A stretch of 64,000 bases of DNA from Novakomyces olei (Eukaryota): positions 1,240,001-1,304,000 of the forward strand of contig JADEYG010000009.1 in assembly GCA_016906335.1 (NCBI GenBank), in the 5' to 3' direction. Positions 49,604-63,351 of this stretch are shown here, in pieces; the first letter of the stretch is position 1, and each line of letters opens with the position of its first letter. The notes under the pieces were generated by a model. It had not been told where the DNA came from, searched no databases, and was given only the letters and a program-made list of their open reading frames with translations. Made by a program: the position numbers and the translations under genes.

Positions 49604-51285
49604 TGCTCGAGGAACTAATGGATCTCAAGTCGGCGATGAACTGGAGAAACACATTTATTATAATAATTTCAATCGTTTCCAGGAATCTGTCCCACAAATC
49701 TTATTATACTATTTATTCACAACGTCTTTATTATGGATCTATTTTTTCGCGCACATTGATCAGGTATAAATTAAATATATCCATCTACGCTCAAAGTAAT
49801 ATTTATTGGTGAGAATATCCAATCGAGCTTTTTTGCTCAACAAGGAAAAACAGGAAAATGGATGGAATAGACTCGGTAATGAAAGCTCGTCAGGGGCTAG
49901 AAAAAAAACAACGTTTGCTTATGATTCATAAAGATCAGGTTGCTTGTTTTCCGAATCAAATAAGAGACTGAAAGTTCGCTCCTTGTATAGCAGATTATTG
50001 TGTAAAGAGTGCAGAGTGCAGAGCGCAAAGCGCAGAGCGCAACGTAAAAAACATTAGGCTCAAACACAAGCGAAAGCAGGATTAAAAAGAATGTGTATTC
50101 ATCAATAAATAAAGCAGATGAAGAAACAAATCAATATATTCCGAGACGTCACAACCATAGATTGTCAAATTTGATTCTAATATAGACACAGATAATACTG
50201 CAGCACTGCAAAACCAAGCAGACAACTTACACAATTATGGCGCCGCCTCTTCCATCAAAATCTAATGGTGCTCGGTCTCCCGTGCCTACCAGCTATTTAC
50301 CAGACTATGACTGCCTATGAGTCTTGTAGCAGCGCCAAAAAAGAAACTCTTTTACATTACAGATTATGGTATCTACGAGCAATTTGAAACGCTTTATTCT
50401 CTCCATAACCCGATATCGAAAGCTGCTTGCTTGCTCTGAACCGCATTGCCAGTATTTCGCGGTCTAGTGTCAACAAAGTATCATCGGCTATATACATGAA
50501 GCCATCACCTGACGATAAACGATATCTTTGATCATTAGCACGCCAACCAGACCACCAAACTTACCGCCATGACAAAACAGCATATTGAAACATAGGGCGA
50601 CAACCGTTCTCCGATACGGGCGCTCTTCCAAAACAGACCGAGCATTCTTGTCAAATAAGTCAAACGTGTTTCATATTTTTCAATGTTGCATTGACGGCAT
50701 ATCCGTGTCGCATATCCCCACTTACCCCTCCTTGTTGCGATCTAAGAGCGTTGGAAACTGGCCATGGACGTACGTCGAAGTACAAATTGTCAATAGAATG
50801 ACCAGTAGAAAGCTGTTGAAATGGAAAAGAGCCGACTGTTCTGTTAACCATGCTAAAAAATAATAAATAATAATCGTACCATTGCAATATTTTATGCAGT
50901 TTCCAGCGATCAACACGGACACCCCGCCACTCGAACGGTTCCAGTATCTGTAATCAAGCCATTAGCATTTGATTGAATTTATTGATAGACATACAAGTCG
51001 AAGGCTTTAATTGGTGGTTGGCAATGCCGCCTTTACTCACAGACTCGTAACGGACAGACTCGTAACGGATTTTGGCTCTAATCGTCGACCCAATTTCACA
51101 AACAACGAGCGCAATGCCAATTTCAAAGAATCGCGTATCCCGTACCAAAGATACTCGCGAAGAGTACTGTCATTATAATTGTGAAATTGTGATTCTTTTA
51201 CTGCGTTTTTTATACAATGCCGCCCTATATAATAGCCATCCATACATTATTCCATCGATCCTTTGAATATAACCGTCCGTACATA

Positions 51286-51420
51286 CATAATATTCTACAT
51301 TATCATATAATATTCCACATTATCATATAATATTCAACATTATCATAATATTCTACATTGCCATATATTAAGTATTCTGAACTATCATATAATATTCTAC
51401 ATTATCATACACTATTCTAT
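51286..51420 (+). repeat. 20-bp minisatellite (ATAATATTCTACATTATCAT), ~6 copies
   Basis: Direct observation in the acuM/WASP divergent intergenic region. Confidence 0.9.
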
Positions 51421-51794
51421 ATTTCAAATTACTCATACTACTCGCACGAGATTTACACCAATTCCGCACGCAGAGTATAAGACTTTGCTCGCGCAGACTG
51501 ACGGCTCAGCGCGGCGGGTTTGTGCTAATTGCGCGTTGGCCGCACAAACTGTCTAAGCTCGACTGAGCAATTGGATTTATTTTATTTCTATTTATTTAGT
51601 TAGTTTTTATTTGGTTTTTATTTATATTTTTGGGGATACGGTCTTGGATCGGATTGTGCGAGTAGATCAGTCGGCGTGTTCGCTGGTCAGCGATATCTAT
51701 ACCGGGAAATTGCCAGCGATACCTTGGGATTATTATAATTTTGCTCGGTGCTGGAAAACTAGGAAATTTGGATTTGCTCGAGGACTGCTTCGCA

Positions 51795-54262
51795 ATGCCG
51801 TCTTCCTTACTTCAGCCCTCTGACAAGGATAAAGTACGCCGTGTCATCCCGAAATCCTCGGCCAAAGTTATCGCCGCTGGAGTAGCCCGCTTGTATGTAG
51901 CGTACCCTGATCGGCATAAATGGACCTGGACTGGAATCAGCGGAGCTGTCGTTTTCATGCTGGACTTGGTGGCAAAGACGCACTGGCTAAAGATTGTGGA
52001 TATATACGTAATTTCTCTACAATTTACCTCTTTTTTACAGTCTACTGCAATCTAACCTGCCTCCTCTATACTTGTATACTAATATCTTGCAGGGTAACAA
52101 TGGAGTACTGTGGGATCAAGAGTTATACGACGGGTTTGAGTACAACCGGGACCGGACTTTTTTCCACTCCTTTGAAATTGATGTAAGACGGAACAAAATT
52201 AGATCAAGAACAAAATCAAATCGGGGACAAAATTTATCAAATAAATGAATGAATGAATGAAACAAGAGACTGACACTACAGAATTATATGGCTGGCCTTT
52301 CTTTTGTCGACGAGACGGAAGCTCAATCCTTCTACAAAAAAGTTAGTTCTGTGACCGGTGGTGGAGGTGGCGGGGGCAGCCATTTACTGGGAGGATCTTC
52401 TATGTTTCACTTTTCGTTCAAAGACCACTCGCCGGCCAAAAAGCTGCGATCAAAGGTTCACAAAGATCATATCGGCTCGCCTGCATCTAATTCGTTCGAG
52501 TAAGTGATCAAGAAATGGAAACATGAAAAAGGAAAAAAAACACTGGACAGATTTTACATGCGCACGCTATACACAAATGTATATATAAATATGTATACAT
52601 AAATGTATACATAAATGTATACATGTATAATATTCAAAAACAATAGACGACCCAACTAACCCACAGACACAAGCAAAGTGTCGTCTTTGACCCAGACAAA
52701 GGATTCGAGTCTCGTGGCATGGATCCCGGTATGAAAGGAGTTTACGAAAAGTTGGGAGCAATGGGGATTTCCGAGGACGATATTCGAGGCAACGAGGAAT
52801 TTATAAGGAGCTTTATAGCTCAGAATGGCGGTGAAGGAGCGTTTACCCCAGACTCTGGTCAATCAACTCCTCCGGCCGCATCTTTTACTTCATCATCTGC
52901 TGCCTCTGTCCCACCGCCTCTGCCCTCGTCGCTGGCAAACCAGGCGGCCAATCATGTCCCACGTGCTGCGCCCCCACCACCACCTTCTCAACCCCCACAA
53001 TTACAGCCACAAGAGCACTCTCAGCCACAGTCGCCTCGGCCAGGCAAGAAGAAACCGCCACCGCCCCCACCGCCACGCAAAGGCGCCCACTCTCATCATC
53101 ACGCTTCAAGCAGCATTTCGTCACTGCCATTCGCTCATGCAAACGGTACCGACTCGGAAAATGAAGGGTCAGAGCCGGAGCAAAAGGCACCGGCTCCCGG
53201 ACCAAAGTTCAGTGTACCCCCACCTTTTATGGGGACGAGAACGCTGCCTCGGCAGAACGGGACTGCTGCGCCAAAGCCTCCGCTGCCTTCTTCTTCGCGA
53301 CCCCCACCAGGCCATCCATTGCCTCCACGTCAAACAATGGTGGGTGGGGGAGGACCCCCACCCCCACCCCCACCACGTCAATTTGGTGGGGGTGCAGCTG
53401 CTGTACCCCCACCTCCTATCCCTGACAGATCGGTATACAATAAAGTGCCGCCGCTGCCAACGGGTGTTCGGCCATCGCTGCCCTCGCGGGTCGATCAGCG
53501 TAGCCCAACATCGCCTGTACCCCCACCCCCACCTCCTCCTCCTCCCGTTTCTGGTGGTGGTGGACCCCCACCCCCACCTCCTCCTCCTCCCGTTTCTGGT
53601 GGAGTACCCCCACCCCCACCTCCACCGCCAGTCAGTGGAGCACCCCCACCTCCACCTCCACCGTCTAATGGTGTACCACCCCCACCCCCACCTCCAGGCG
53701 GTGTACCCCCACCCCCACCTCCACCGGCGGGTGACGATGGTGTGGTTGGTCCACCGGAAGGTCATATTGACACGCCCTCACTTCCCGGCCGGGCTGATCT
53801 GATGGCCAGCATTAGGCAGGCGGGGGGAGTTCGCGTGCTCAAAAAGGTATGAGAGAAGAAAAGCTTAATCAAAAGACGGAAAAGACAAAAGCTTGAAAAT
53901 AAAGTAAAAATACAAAGACAAAGAAAAAATACAAAAATACAAAAATACAAAAATACAAAAATACAAAAATGCAAAAATAAAATAAAAAAAGAACAGAAAA
54001 ATCAAATTAATCAGTAATAAATTAATGTATTTAACTAACTTTTCTAGGGATCATCTGATACTCCTGCAAGTATATCAACACCCCCAGCACCACCAGCTTC
54101 AACCCCAGCAGCAACGGCTGGTGGAAACTTGGCAAATAGTCTGGCGCAGGCACTTAGTGCTCGCAAGTCTAAAGTTGCTATTAATGGTATAAATTTTGTT
54201 CTAATTTGTTTTTATTACTAACAGGATTAGACGATGAAGAAGAGGAAGACGAAGATTGGTGA
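51795..54262 (+). CDS. LAS17: WASP homolog (Las17/Wsp1), ~6 exons
   Basis: WH1 domain (VARLYVAYPD, LWDQELY, FFHSFE), polyproline, WH2 RADLMASIR..LKK, acidic end EEEDEDW. Confidence 0.95.
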
Positions 54263-54690
54263 GTGGGCGAATCAGCACGTCTATTTTTGTATTTCGTATA
54301 GATTATGATGGCCGGCTACCAATAAAATGTTATTACATTGATGAGAAATTGATCATTAAACTTCAATGAAACGACCGTAAAACGCTTTATAGATTTGATG
54401 ACTTGTGATTTGCTCGTATCGAGTGTCCATTGTTGCCATTGCTGTTCCATTCAGCCATGCTTTTACTCTATTCTCACTGTATTGCACACAAATGAACTCA
54501 GAAATGTTTGTATATAACACTATTTCAATGCTCGAGTCTACTTTGATCGGCACATTAGCCAGCCATGAGCACATCCCATTTATTATATTTTAAGTGTGGA
54601 AGTAATTGAGAAACATCGAATTTGTAAAGCAGCCAAAGATTCATTCTGCACTGCAGATTCTATTCTAATAATGCAGGGTATGTTGAAAAT

Positions 54691-54870
<180 letters not shown>

Positions 54871-54965
54871 TTAAAATATTAAAATATTAAAATATTAAAA
54901 TACTAATTAAAGACAAATAAATATTATAAATTTATGTTTTTGATTATATATTATATAATGCAGTC

Positions 54966-56249
54966 TCACTTTCTCTTTGTCTTGCGAGACGCTCGAGCCT
55001 GTAAACGCCGTTCTCGGCGTGTTCGAGCTTCTTGTGCGGGCGATTCAGACTCTTCTTCCACCTGCTCCTTGTCATGGCTAGCGTCGTCGTCAATTTCAGA
55101 ATTCTGCGGCGACACAAGAGAAACAATCCGGCCCAAGAGGGTTTTCCTCCACGTGGCCTCACGCCTTATACTATTCGGATCGAGCAACCAAGCCTGTTCC
55201 GTTTCATCCACAATATACACATCACCATTTTCGTGCACATCAAACACGCGTCCCGTGGCTGCAACGCGTACACGCGCCCGCACAGGGCGTGGGCGGCCCA
55301 GAGGCCAAGCTGCCGCTTGAGCTTCATCAATATTTCGCTGCATAATCCCAATATCGCGTCGAGCTTGTAACTTAATCAGCCCGTAATGCGCGAGTAGGAA
55401 AAGCAGTAAAAGTCCAGATATTACAATCACCGTGCCTGGTCTCCATCTTTCGTAAAGGTATCCTTGGCCGCGCCATTTGGGGAATCCGTTTAGCAGGAAA
55501 TGATCGTATCTTTGCCTACGCTCTTCATCGCGAAGAACTGAAGCGATTACGCCAAGTCTTGCGAAACGTTCATGTGCTCCTTTGCCTGGAGACTTGTCTG
55601 GACTGGAATTGTCAGAATACAAAAAGGAGATTGTAAGGTATACCAAAAAAAAAAAAATTAAATTAAAAAAATTAAACTAAATTAAAAAATAAAATAAAAT
55701 AAAATATAATAAAATAAAATAAAATAAAATAAAACAAACAAAAAATTAAGAAATAGAAAAAAGAATTAGAAAAAAAATGGATTAGAAAAAGGCCTGAGAG
55801 GAATAAAACAAGAAAAATATAAAATAAAAGAAAGCAGAGAACAAAATGATAAAGGAACAACAATATAGAGAAGAAAGCAGGAAACGCACGGGTCAGAAAT
55901 AAAGCAAGAGACAAAATTCCAAACAATACAAGACTTCAGAACAAAATAAGATGCATAGAGACAAAACGCGTATAAAATAAAATCATAGTCATAGCTTGAC
56001 CAAAGCAAAATCGTCTTTTCTCAAAATAAAGCATAGCACTTACTGCAGCTCGAGCGAACGTTTTCGATAAGCTCGTCCAATCTCATCTTTGGTCGCTCGA
56101 AGCCCCGACTTGACCCCCATAAAACGGTAAAAATCTGTAGGTCCTTCTGCCTGCTCGAGCAAATGCTGCATTTCAAAAAGTTCGTGGTCCAAATGTGACC
56201 ACGCTGCGGCAACTGCGACAATTGTCGCAAGCCATACAAAGAACCTCAT
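54966..56249 (-). CDS. ERJ5: ER membrane J-domain protein (Erj5-like); intron 55603-56043 splits the HPD motif
   Basis: Signal peptide, AYRKRSLELH|PDK, RYDHFLLNGFPKWRGQGYLYERWRPG, TM segment. Confidence 0.9.
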
Positions 56250-56863
56250 TTTGGCTGCTGCCTAGATAGGTATTTCTGCGCAGTCATTTCTCGATTATAA
56301 TATTGAATATAAAATTAAAAATTATTATAGGCTTTATGAGCACAGCGTTTTATAGATTTATTTAATTTAATTAACAGCTTCCTTTTATTGTATTTGTTTT
56401 ATTGTTTTATTTGTTTTTGCTCATCAGCGTTTAATTAAGCAATTCGTAGTAATATGATAAATATGTACACTGGCCGCCAGACCCCTATAAAGTCGCGTCC
56501 AGATCTGCTACAACAAATAAAAAAATTGGATAAGATAAAATAAATAAATAAATAATAAATAAATTAATTAAATAAATTAATAGATTTATACAAAATCATC
56601 GCTAAGCTTTGTCACGCAGAGCACACGAGCGGCATTTGTGAAGCAAATACTGCTCAAAGCCTTTTAAGTCTCCTGTGCTTACACTGTATGCTGCGTCTCG
56701 AAGGCTCGAGTCTGTAATTTATCGAAAGAAACCTCGCTATCGTCTTCATGAGGCAGCAACGACTTTTGACACATAAAAGGCTTCGCGTATCCGAGTTCGT
56801 GTCCTCTTGAACGTTGTGCTAGCAGCGACTTGAGCTTGAGAGCTTTTGCAAAGGAGGATTAAT

Positions 56864-59800
56864 ATGCATGAGCAAAGCGATTTTAATGGAGAATCACGAC
56901 ACGGATCAGCGGCTGATGGAAGAATCAAACCGGATTACAATGGAGTGGGCACAAATGGAGCCGGTAATGAAAATGGCGTTGAAAGGAGAACGATAGAGAA
57001 GAAAGGCAGTGATTTCAAAGGCGCGCCATTACGTAAAAGCAAGAATTTTCGTATAGTCTATGATCCCGAGTTATCGCAGAGCAAAGAAGAGCGTAAAGCT
57101 GGCAAACGTAAACCAGTTTATCGATTTAACGGTGGTGGAAATGTATATTGACCTGTACCAATCAGAGATGCTAATATTACAGGATATTCATGTTAAAGAT
57201 CCGCGGCGGAGCCTTGGACATCACTATCCCAAACCCACGCCTGGAAGATATAAACATAATGTTCGCACTAAACTACGTTTATTGCACTATGAGGTATGTT
57301 TGAAAAATAAAATAAAATAAGATAAAATTGGTTCTATGTATATGATTACATTTACGTCTGTGTTTGCAATGTGCCGTTATCGGCTTTTTTTCGTCTATTC
57401 AGTTTGATACTAACGTACAGTACGACGCTAATTCAATTGGAAAGCTGCCGGCACGCGAGATTTTCATCTCTGGAATCTCTCCAATCACAACAACGGATCA
57501 GATTGCAGCATTTTTCCGCGCTCTCGGCGACATTCAAGAGATAAATCTTCGAGTTGACCCTCGTACAGGTTCGTCTTTGGGAGTTTGCCTCTTAAAATTT
57601 CGGGCAGAGCAGCCTTCTTCGTATGGAGGAGGCGGTGGAGTTGGAGCAGCTCGTCGGGCTGTTCGAGAACGCGATGGCATGAAACTTGGCCCGGCAATTT
57701 TACACGTTGAAACTGATGCTGAGGGAGAAAAATGTGAAGCTGCAGTTACCCAACTGCTCTCTCGACTAGCGGAAAAACAGAGGCAGCGTGATATAGAGAC
57801 GCGGAGACGGTTAGAGGCAGAACGCGTTGAGCTGGAACGAGCTCAGCGCGAGACTGAACAGAAAAGGCAGCAAGAAGAAGCTCAAACCCGGTTAGAAGAA
57901 GCTAAAAGAATCGCGCAAGAACGGGCAAATGCTTTTCTCGAGGCAAACTTGAAGAATACAGAGAGTGCAAAGGCCGCTGCGACTCAAAATGTGTCTGCGC
58001 ACTTTACCTCTTCCAATCATACGCCGAAAGCGTCTGTGAATCGAGCGCCTCTTGCACCAAAAGCTGTGGAAACAAAAACCAAATCTGTCCTTCCTTCTGC
58101 CAACGGCAATACAAACACAAACACGAATACTCCACAGTCGCTTTTGAAAAACAAACCCTACATTTTCCTTGCGTCTGCCTGTGTCTCCCCTTACAAATTT
58201 AATCGGGCGGATATAAAGGCACACTTTGAGCGGTACAGCTGGACTCGAGTCGCCAGCGACGAGTCTGGATTCTATATTATTTTTGAGCAAAATGCACCGG
58301 CTCGTCGGTGCTTTGAGGCTATGAACGGATCGGTGTTTGAAGGGAATCCTATACGATTGGAGCTGTTTGAAGCTCGATCTTTAGCCTCTTCTTCCGCAAT
58401 GCATCCTCTTCCGTCGTCAAAGTTTAAACGGGCCTTTAAACCGGTGGATCCCGTTACAGAGGCACTTTCTACACTAACGCGCGAATTAATGGATGCCTTT
58501 ATGAAGGACCTGGTAAACAAAATCGCAGGCCCGGCTCTGTTTGAGTCTGTTCGCCCTACAAACTACCCCCTTCTGCATAGTGGAGCTACGGCAGGCGGAA
58601 ATTTAGAGCCAGCAGCAGCCTCAGAGCCGCCTGAATCAATAGACAGTAGAATGGCAAGCTTGGCAGCAAACCCGGACATGGTATTAGCCGAGAAGACAAA
58701 GCAAATAGCGCTGGACACTGTGGATCAAAGAGAAGAGCAGAAATTTGCACAGATTCCGTTACTACCGCGTATAAAAAAGCACAAAGAAGGCGAGGCCGTT
58801 GGTGCGGCTGGTCCAAGGTCGCGGCCTGTGCGCCGTGCAGACGTGCGGCCAATGCAGTACTCGTTCCATACAGACGAGGGGGACACTGATCAGGAGACAG
58901 ACGTGGACGAAGAAGAACCGGAAGAAAAAGGAAAAGGAGACCAGAAAGAGCCAAGCTTTTTATCCAGAAAGTCTGCTTTGCAAGAAACAGAGGCAATTAA
59001 ACACGATGATGAAGAGGAGGAGGATGAAGAGGACAAAGAGGACAAAGACAAAGAGGACAAAGACAAAGAAGCTGACGCTGACGCTGACGAGACGGTTAGA
59101 CGCAAAAGACTTGCCACTGCTCAAAGCAGACCAGCGGGTAAAGGTATAACCAGTCCGTCAAAGCACCCTAGCAGCCCTCTATCAGCAGCAGAGTATGATG
59201 GTCCATCAAGGACGAAGAGGGACCCTCAGAGTCGGCGGCAGAGACCCTCGATCGAGTTTACCTCGAGCGAGGAAGAAGAAGAGGAAGAAGAAGAAGAGGA
59301 GGAGGATAGTGACGAGGCAGGGCAGGACGACGTGGCAATGCAGGATATAAAGGCTGTGAGTGAAGCCTTAGAGCCAAGTCTACTCTGCGAATCCGGAGTG
59401 GAAGCGTCAGTGACGAAGCAGAGCCCAACTAAATCTGAAAGAAAGCCTTCTCCAGACTCGACGGGCCCACTGCAAGAGACGGCTCGACGAGCAGTTCGGG
59501 GCACGGGACCCCCCAAGCCGAGAAAGAGTGCCGTTGTTACGCGCCCTCTTTCTCCTACTCCTGACTTGAGCAAGTCAAGGTCATGGCAAAAAAAGAGCAC
59601 GACTAAGCGTACACTGAAGAAGGGCAAAACGGCGTTGCGAGTACAGTTTAGCGACACTGAAGAGGAGAGTTCTGGCAATGAAACAACGGTTGCTGCAATG
59701 GCAGAAGCGGACTTGAAAGGGCAAATAGAGCAGCAAAATGAAGGTGTGAAACTGGAAAATGGAGCAGAATTGGCAAGTGTAAGCCAACGTTTGTCAACAG

Positions 59801-60957
59801 TACTGAGCTTTTCCGACCCGGATCAAGATATTGTACTCGATCTAGACGGCGTTCAGGCTCTTGTTCACTATGACGAAGATGTGCTCTTTCTCTCAGAGGC
59901 ACTGAAAAGCAGTGGAATCCAACCGTCAGTGGCAGTTTCTGACCCTGAAGCGTTTGCCTTTATGCTCAAAGATTTAAAGGCGTCAGAGTACAAGAGCGCT
60001 GTGCACAACGGTATACAAAACAACAGTATACATAACAATAATGTTATACATAACAATAATGTTATACATAACAATGTTATACATAACAATGTTATACATA
60101 ACAATAACGGTATACAAAACAATAACGATACCAATAACAATACCAATATTGTGCTCGGCTCTGGTGCAGAGGGAATTCGGACGAGTATAAGCAGCAGCGC
60201 TCGGACGCGTGGCTACACTCCTATTCCCGACACTATAAAGTCTCAGTATTTGCCGCAGCGGAACCGAGTGAGTGTTGGCAGTACGGATACTGGAAATAAA
60301 AGCAGCAGCAATAATTATGAAAAGGGCAATAACGCGTCTAATGCTAATACGAGTGCAAACGCAAATAATAGCAATAACAGCAGCGCTGTCTCTGCCGCAG
60401 GACGAGCGTCGTCCCGGCTGAATAGGGTTAATAACCGCCGGCTTCAAGCGGGCGTAGAGAACTCTCGGAGCATGTTGAGCACGGAGACTGATTTGCTACG
60501 GTTTAATGCGCTAAAAACGCGCAAGAAGCAGCTAAAGTTCGGAGCCAGTCGGATCCATACGCTCGGCCTTTACGCACTGGAGCCGATAGACGCAAACGAG
60601 ATGGTGATTGAGTACGTGGGCGAGATAATCAGGCAGCAAGTGGCCGATGTAAGGGAAAAGCAATATGAGCGAATGGGAATAGGATCGAGCTATATGTTCC
60701 GCATCGACGAGGAGACTATCATCGATGCCACTAAAACTGGGAACGAGTGCCGTCTTATCAACCACTCCTGTGATCCTAATTGCAAACCAAAAATCATTAA
60801 AGTTCAGGGCCAAAAGAAGATTGTCATCTACGCTCAGCGCGATATCGAGCCGGGCGAAGAGCTTTCTTTTGACTACAAATTTCCGCGGGAGGATGATCCA
60901 AAGCTCAAGATTCCGTGTTTATGTGGCAGTCCTTTGTGCCGTGGGACGCTAAACTAG
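56864..60957 (+). CDS. SET1: Histone H3K4 methyltransferase Set1 (RRM, n-SET, SET, post-SET), 3 exons
   Basis: [64 protein letters not shown]. Confidence 0.96.
60004..60147 (+). repeat. Coding tandem repeat (HNN[N]VI)n in the Set1 n-SET region
   Basis: CATAACAAT(AAT)GTTATA units. Confidence 0.9.
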
Positions 60958-61475
60958 TGTACATATTATATAAACCAATAATCGTGATAAATAATTAATA
61001 ATTAATCAAAACTCGACCGTCAAGTATGAGACATAAATAATAAAATAAATGTTAATTAGATGACATAATCAGAATAATCAAAATAATCAAAATAATTGAT
61101 AAATATAAATATAAATATAAAAACATAAATAATAAATAGTTAAAAGTAAAAATAAATAAATAAATATTAATTAATTAATTAATTAATTAATTAGACCATA
61201 CAGTCAATAATGTCAATAATCTAATTACTCGAATATAATAATATATTTGACCAAACCAAAAAAATCTTATTTGGTTGCCGTCACGCAGTAAATCAGGCAC
61301 AACCATACCTACAGCTCTACGGCAACAAGTACACTGGAATAAGGCAAACAAACTCTCAATTATCTACTCGAGCGTAAAAGCACACTATGTACTCGGACGG
61401 ATGCCGCATTGGGATGCCGCATTGTGGCAAGATAGCCATTGGGAACACTGGCGACACTGTAAAAGTGTCTTCAGC

Positions 61476-63073
61476 TTAAACAGTCTCGTTCTTGACGTAC
61501 TTGCCTCCGGCATAAAAAGCGTCGCTGCCCAGCTCCTCTTCAATACGGAGCAGCTGGTTCAGTTTAGCCAGGCGCTCAGAGCGGCAGGGAGCACCCGTCT
61601 TGATCTGGCCGGCACCGATACCAACGACCAAATCCGCGATAAAGCTGTCCTCTGTCTCTCCAGAGCGGTGAGAGACCATAACCCCCCAACCATCGCTCTG
61701 AGCGAGGCGGGCAGCTTCCAGCGACTCACTAACTGTCCCTATCTGGTTCAGCTTGAGCAGAAGGCAGTTGCTCGCCTTCTTTTCAATGGCAGTAGCGATA
61801 CGTTTCGGGTTAGTTACAGTCAAATCATCCGCAACCAACTGGAACTTTGAATTGGCACGCAGATAAGACCAAGCGTCCCAATCATCCTGCTCAAACGGGT
61901 CCTCGATAGAGATGATCCCGTACTCGTCGGCAAGGTCCTTGTACAGCTGAGCCAGAGCTTTGGCCTCATAGTGCTGGGAGGGATCGGCATTGGCACTCTT
62001 AAAGTCCAGATCGTATTTGCCATCCTTGTAAAACTCAGAGGAGGCAGCGTCGAGGGCAATGTGCACTTTGCCCTTGTAGCCAGCCTTCTCGATAGCGTCA
62101 CGGATCAGGTCCAGAGCCTCACGAGGCGTCTCCACATCCGGAGCAACACCGCCTTCGTCTCCTACATTGCCGGCGCTAGTGCCATACTTTTTCTTGGCAA
62201 GAGATCGGAGAGTGGCGTACGTCTCTGCGCCCCAGCGCATTGCCTCAGAGAAAGAGGGAGCGGCAACGGGCATAATCATAAACTCCTGAAAGGCGAGTCG
62301 GCCACCGGCATGAGTCCCGCCATTGAGGACATTGAAGCTCGGCAGTGGGAGAACATAGGGTTTTTTCACTCCGTAGAGCTGGGCAATGTAGGCGTACAGG
62401 GGGAGACCTTTCTCCGCCGCCGCTGCCCGGGCCACACACATGGACACACCGAGAATGGCGTTGGCACCGAGTTTGGCCTTGTTGTCTGTGCCATCGAGCG
62501 CGTTGAGAAACTCGTCAATCTTGGCCTGCTCAGTGACGGGAATGCCTTCTTTAATCAGCGCTGGAGCAATGATGTCATTGACATTGGCCACGGCTTTAGT
62601 CACGCCTTTGCCGCCCCATTTAGAGTCCTTGTCACGCAGCTCTACCGCCTCCCATTGGCCCGTGCTTGCGCCAGAGGGCACTGCTGAGCGGTGCAGACCC
62701 GTCTCTGTGATCAAGTCGACCTCGACCGTCGGATTGCCGCTACTTGTTAGACGAATGAAACATTTAAAGTGCAACTCGGACAGACAGTAAAATATACTAG
62801 ACTGAAACTGTAATTGTAATGTTATTGTATTGTTATTGTATTGTAATTGAATTGTAATTGAATTGTAATTGAATTGTAATTGCAATTGTCACTGTCATTG
62901 TCATTGTTACTGTCATTGTCACTGTCACTGTCACTATAACTGTGACTGAAACTGTGACTGAAACTAGTGACAAATGCAACTCCAATTGGCTGATCAAACG
63001 GTCTTTTTTCAAACTGACTATCTACTTACCGAGAGTCGTAAATGGTTCGAGCGTGGATCTTTTGAATTGCCAT
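61476..63073 (-). CDS. ENO1: Enolase; intron 62740-63029
   Basis: [50 protein letters not shown]. Confidence 0.98.
62800..62972 (+). repeat. Compound simple repeats (AATTGTAATTG; CACTGT/CATTGT; ACTGTGACTGAA) in the enolase intron
   Basis: Direct observation. Confidence 0.85.
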
Positions 63074-63351
63074 CGTGCAAAGTGAGAAAGGTTTGTGTTG
63101 AATGGTAATTTTATTTTTCCTTTTTTCCCGCGCTGAAATGCGTGTGAGAATAGTTCCGTAACGTTCGTCATGCAGTAGCGTTACTTGAAATAGCGACAGC
63201 GCGGAAAAAGGGAGCGTGCGCCGAGTGTGGCGTGTTTGCTGAACGGTTATTTTCAAGTAATTTAGCCGCAGTTTTTGGTATTACTGTATTCCGAGCATCG
63301 TACGTGCACAGATAATAGTCGTACTGTACTTTGTTGCTACAGCGATAGTTT

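Noticed and set aside
49641-50230. Possible acuM 5' UTR intron (GTAAGT at 50230 to CAG at 49641)
   Set aside because: No convincing branch point near the acceptor; unsupported without RNA data.
61400-61510. Cryptic peroxisomal isoform of enolase (or RKI1, LYS9, cPLA2) by readthrough or alternative splicing
   Set aside because: No TGA-CTA stop context, and the extensions I translated do not end in an SKL-type PTS1.
61275-62790. Long antisense ORFs opposite enolase, and similar ones opposite LYS9, GCV2 and WASP
   Set aside because: Shadow ORFs caused by codon bias or low-complexity coding sequence.
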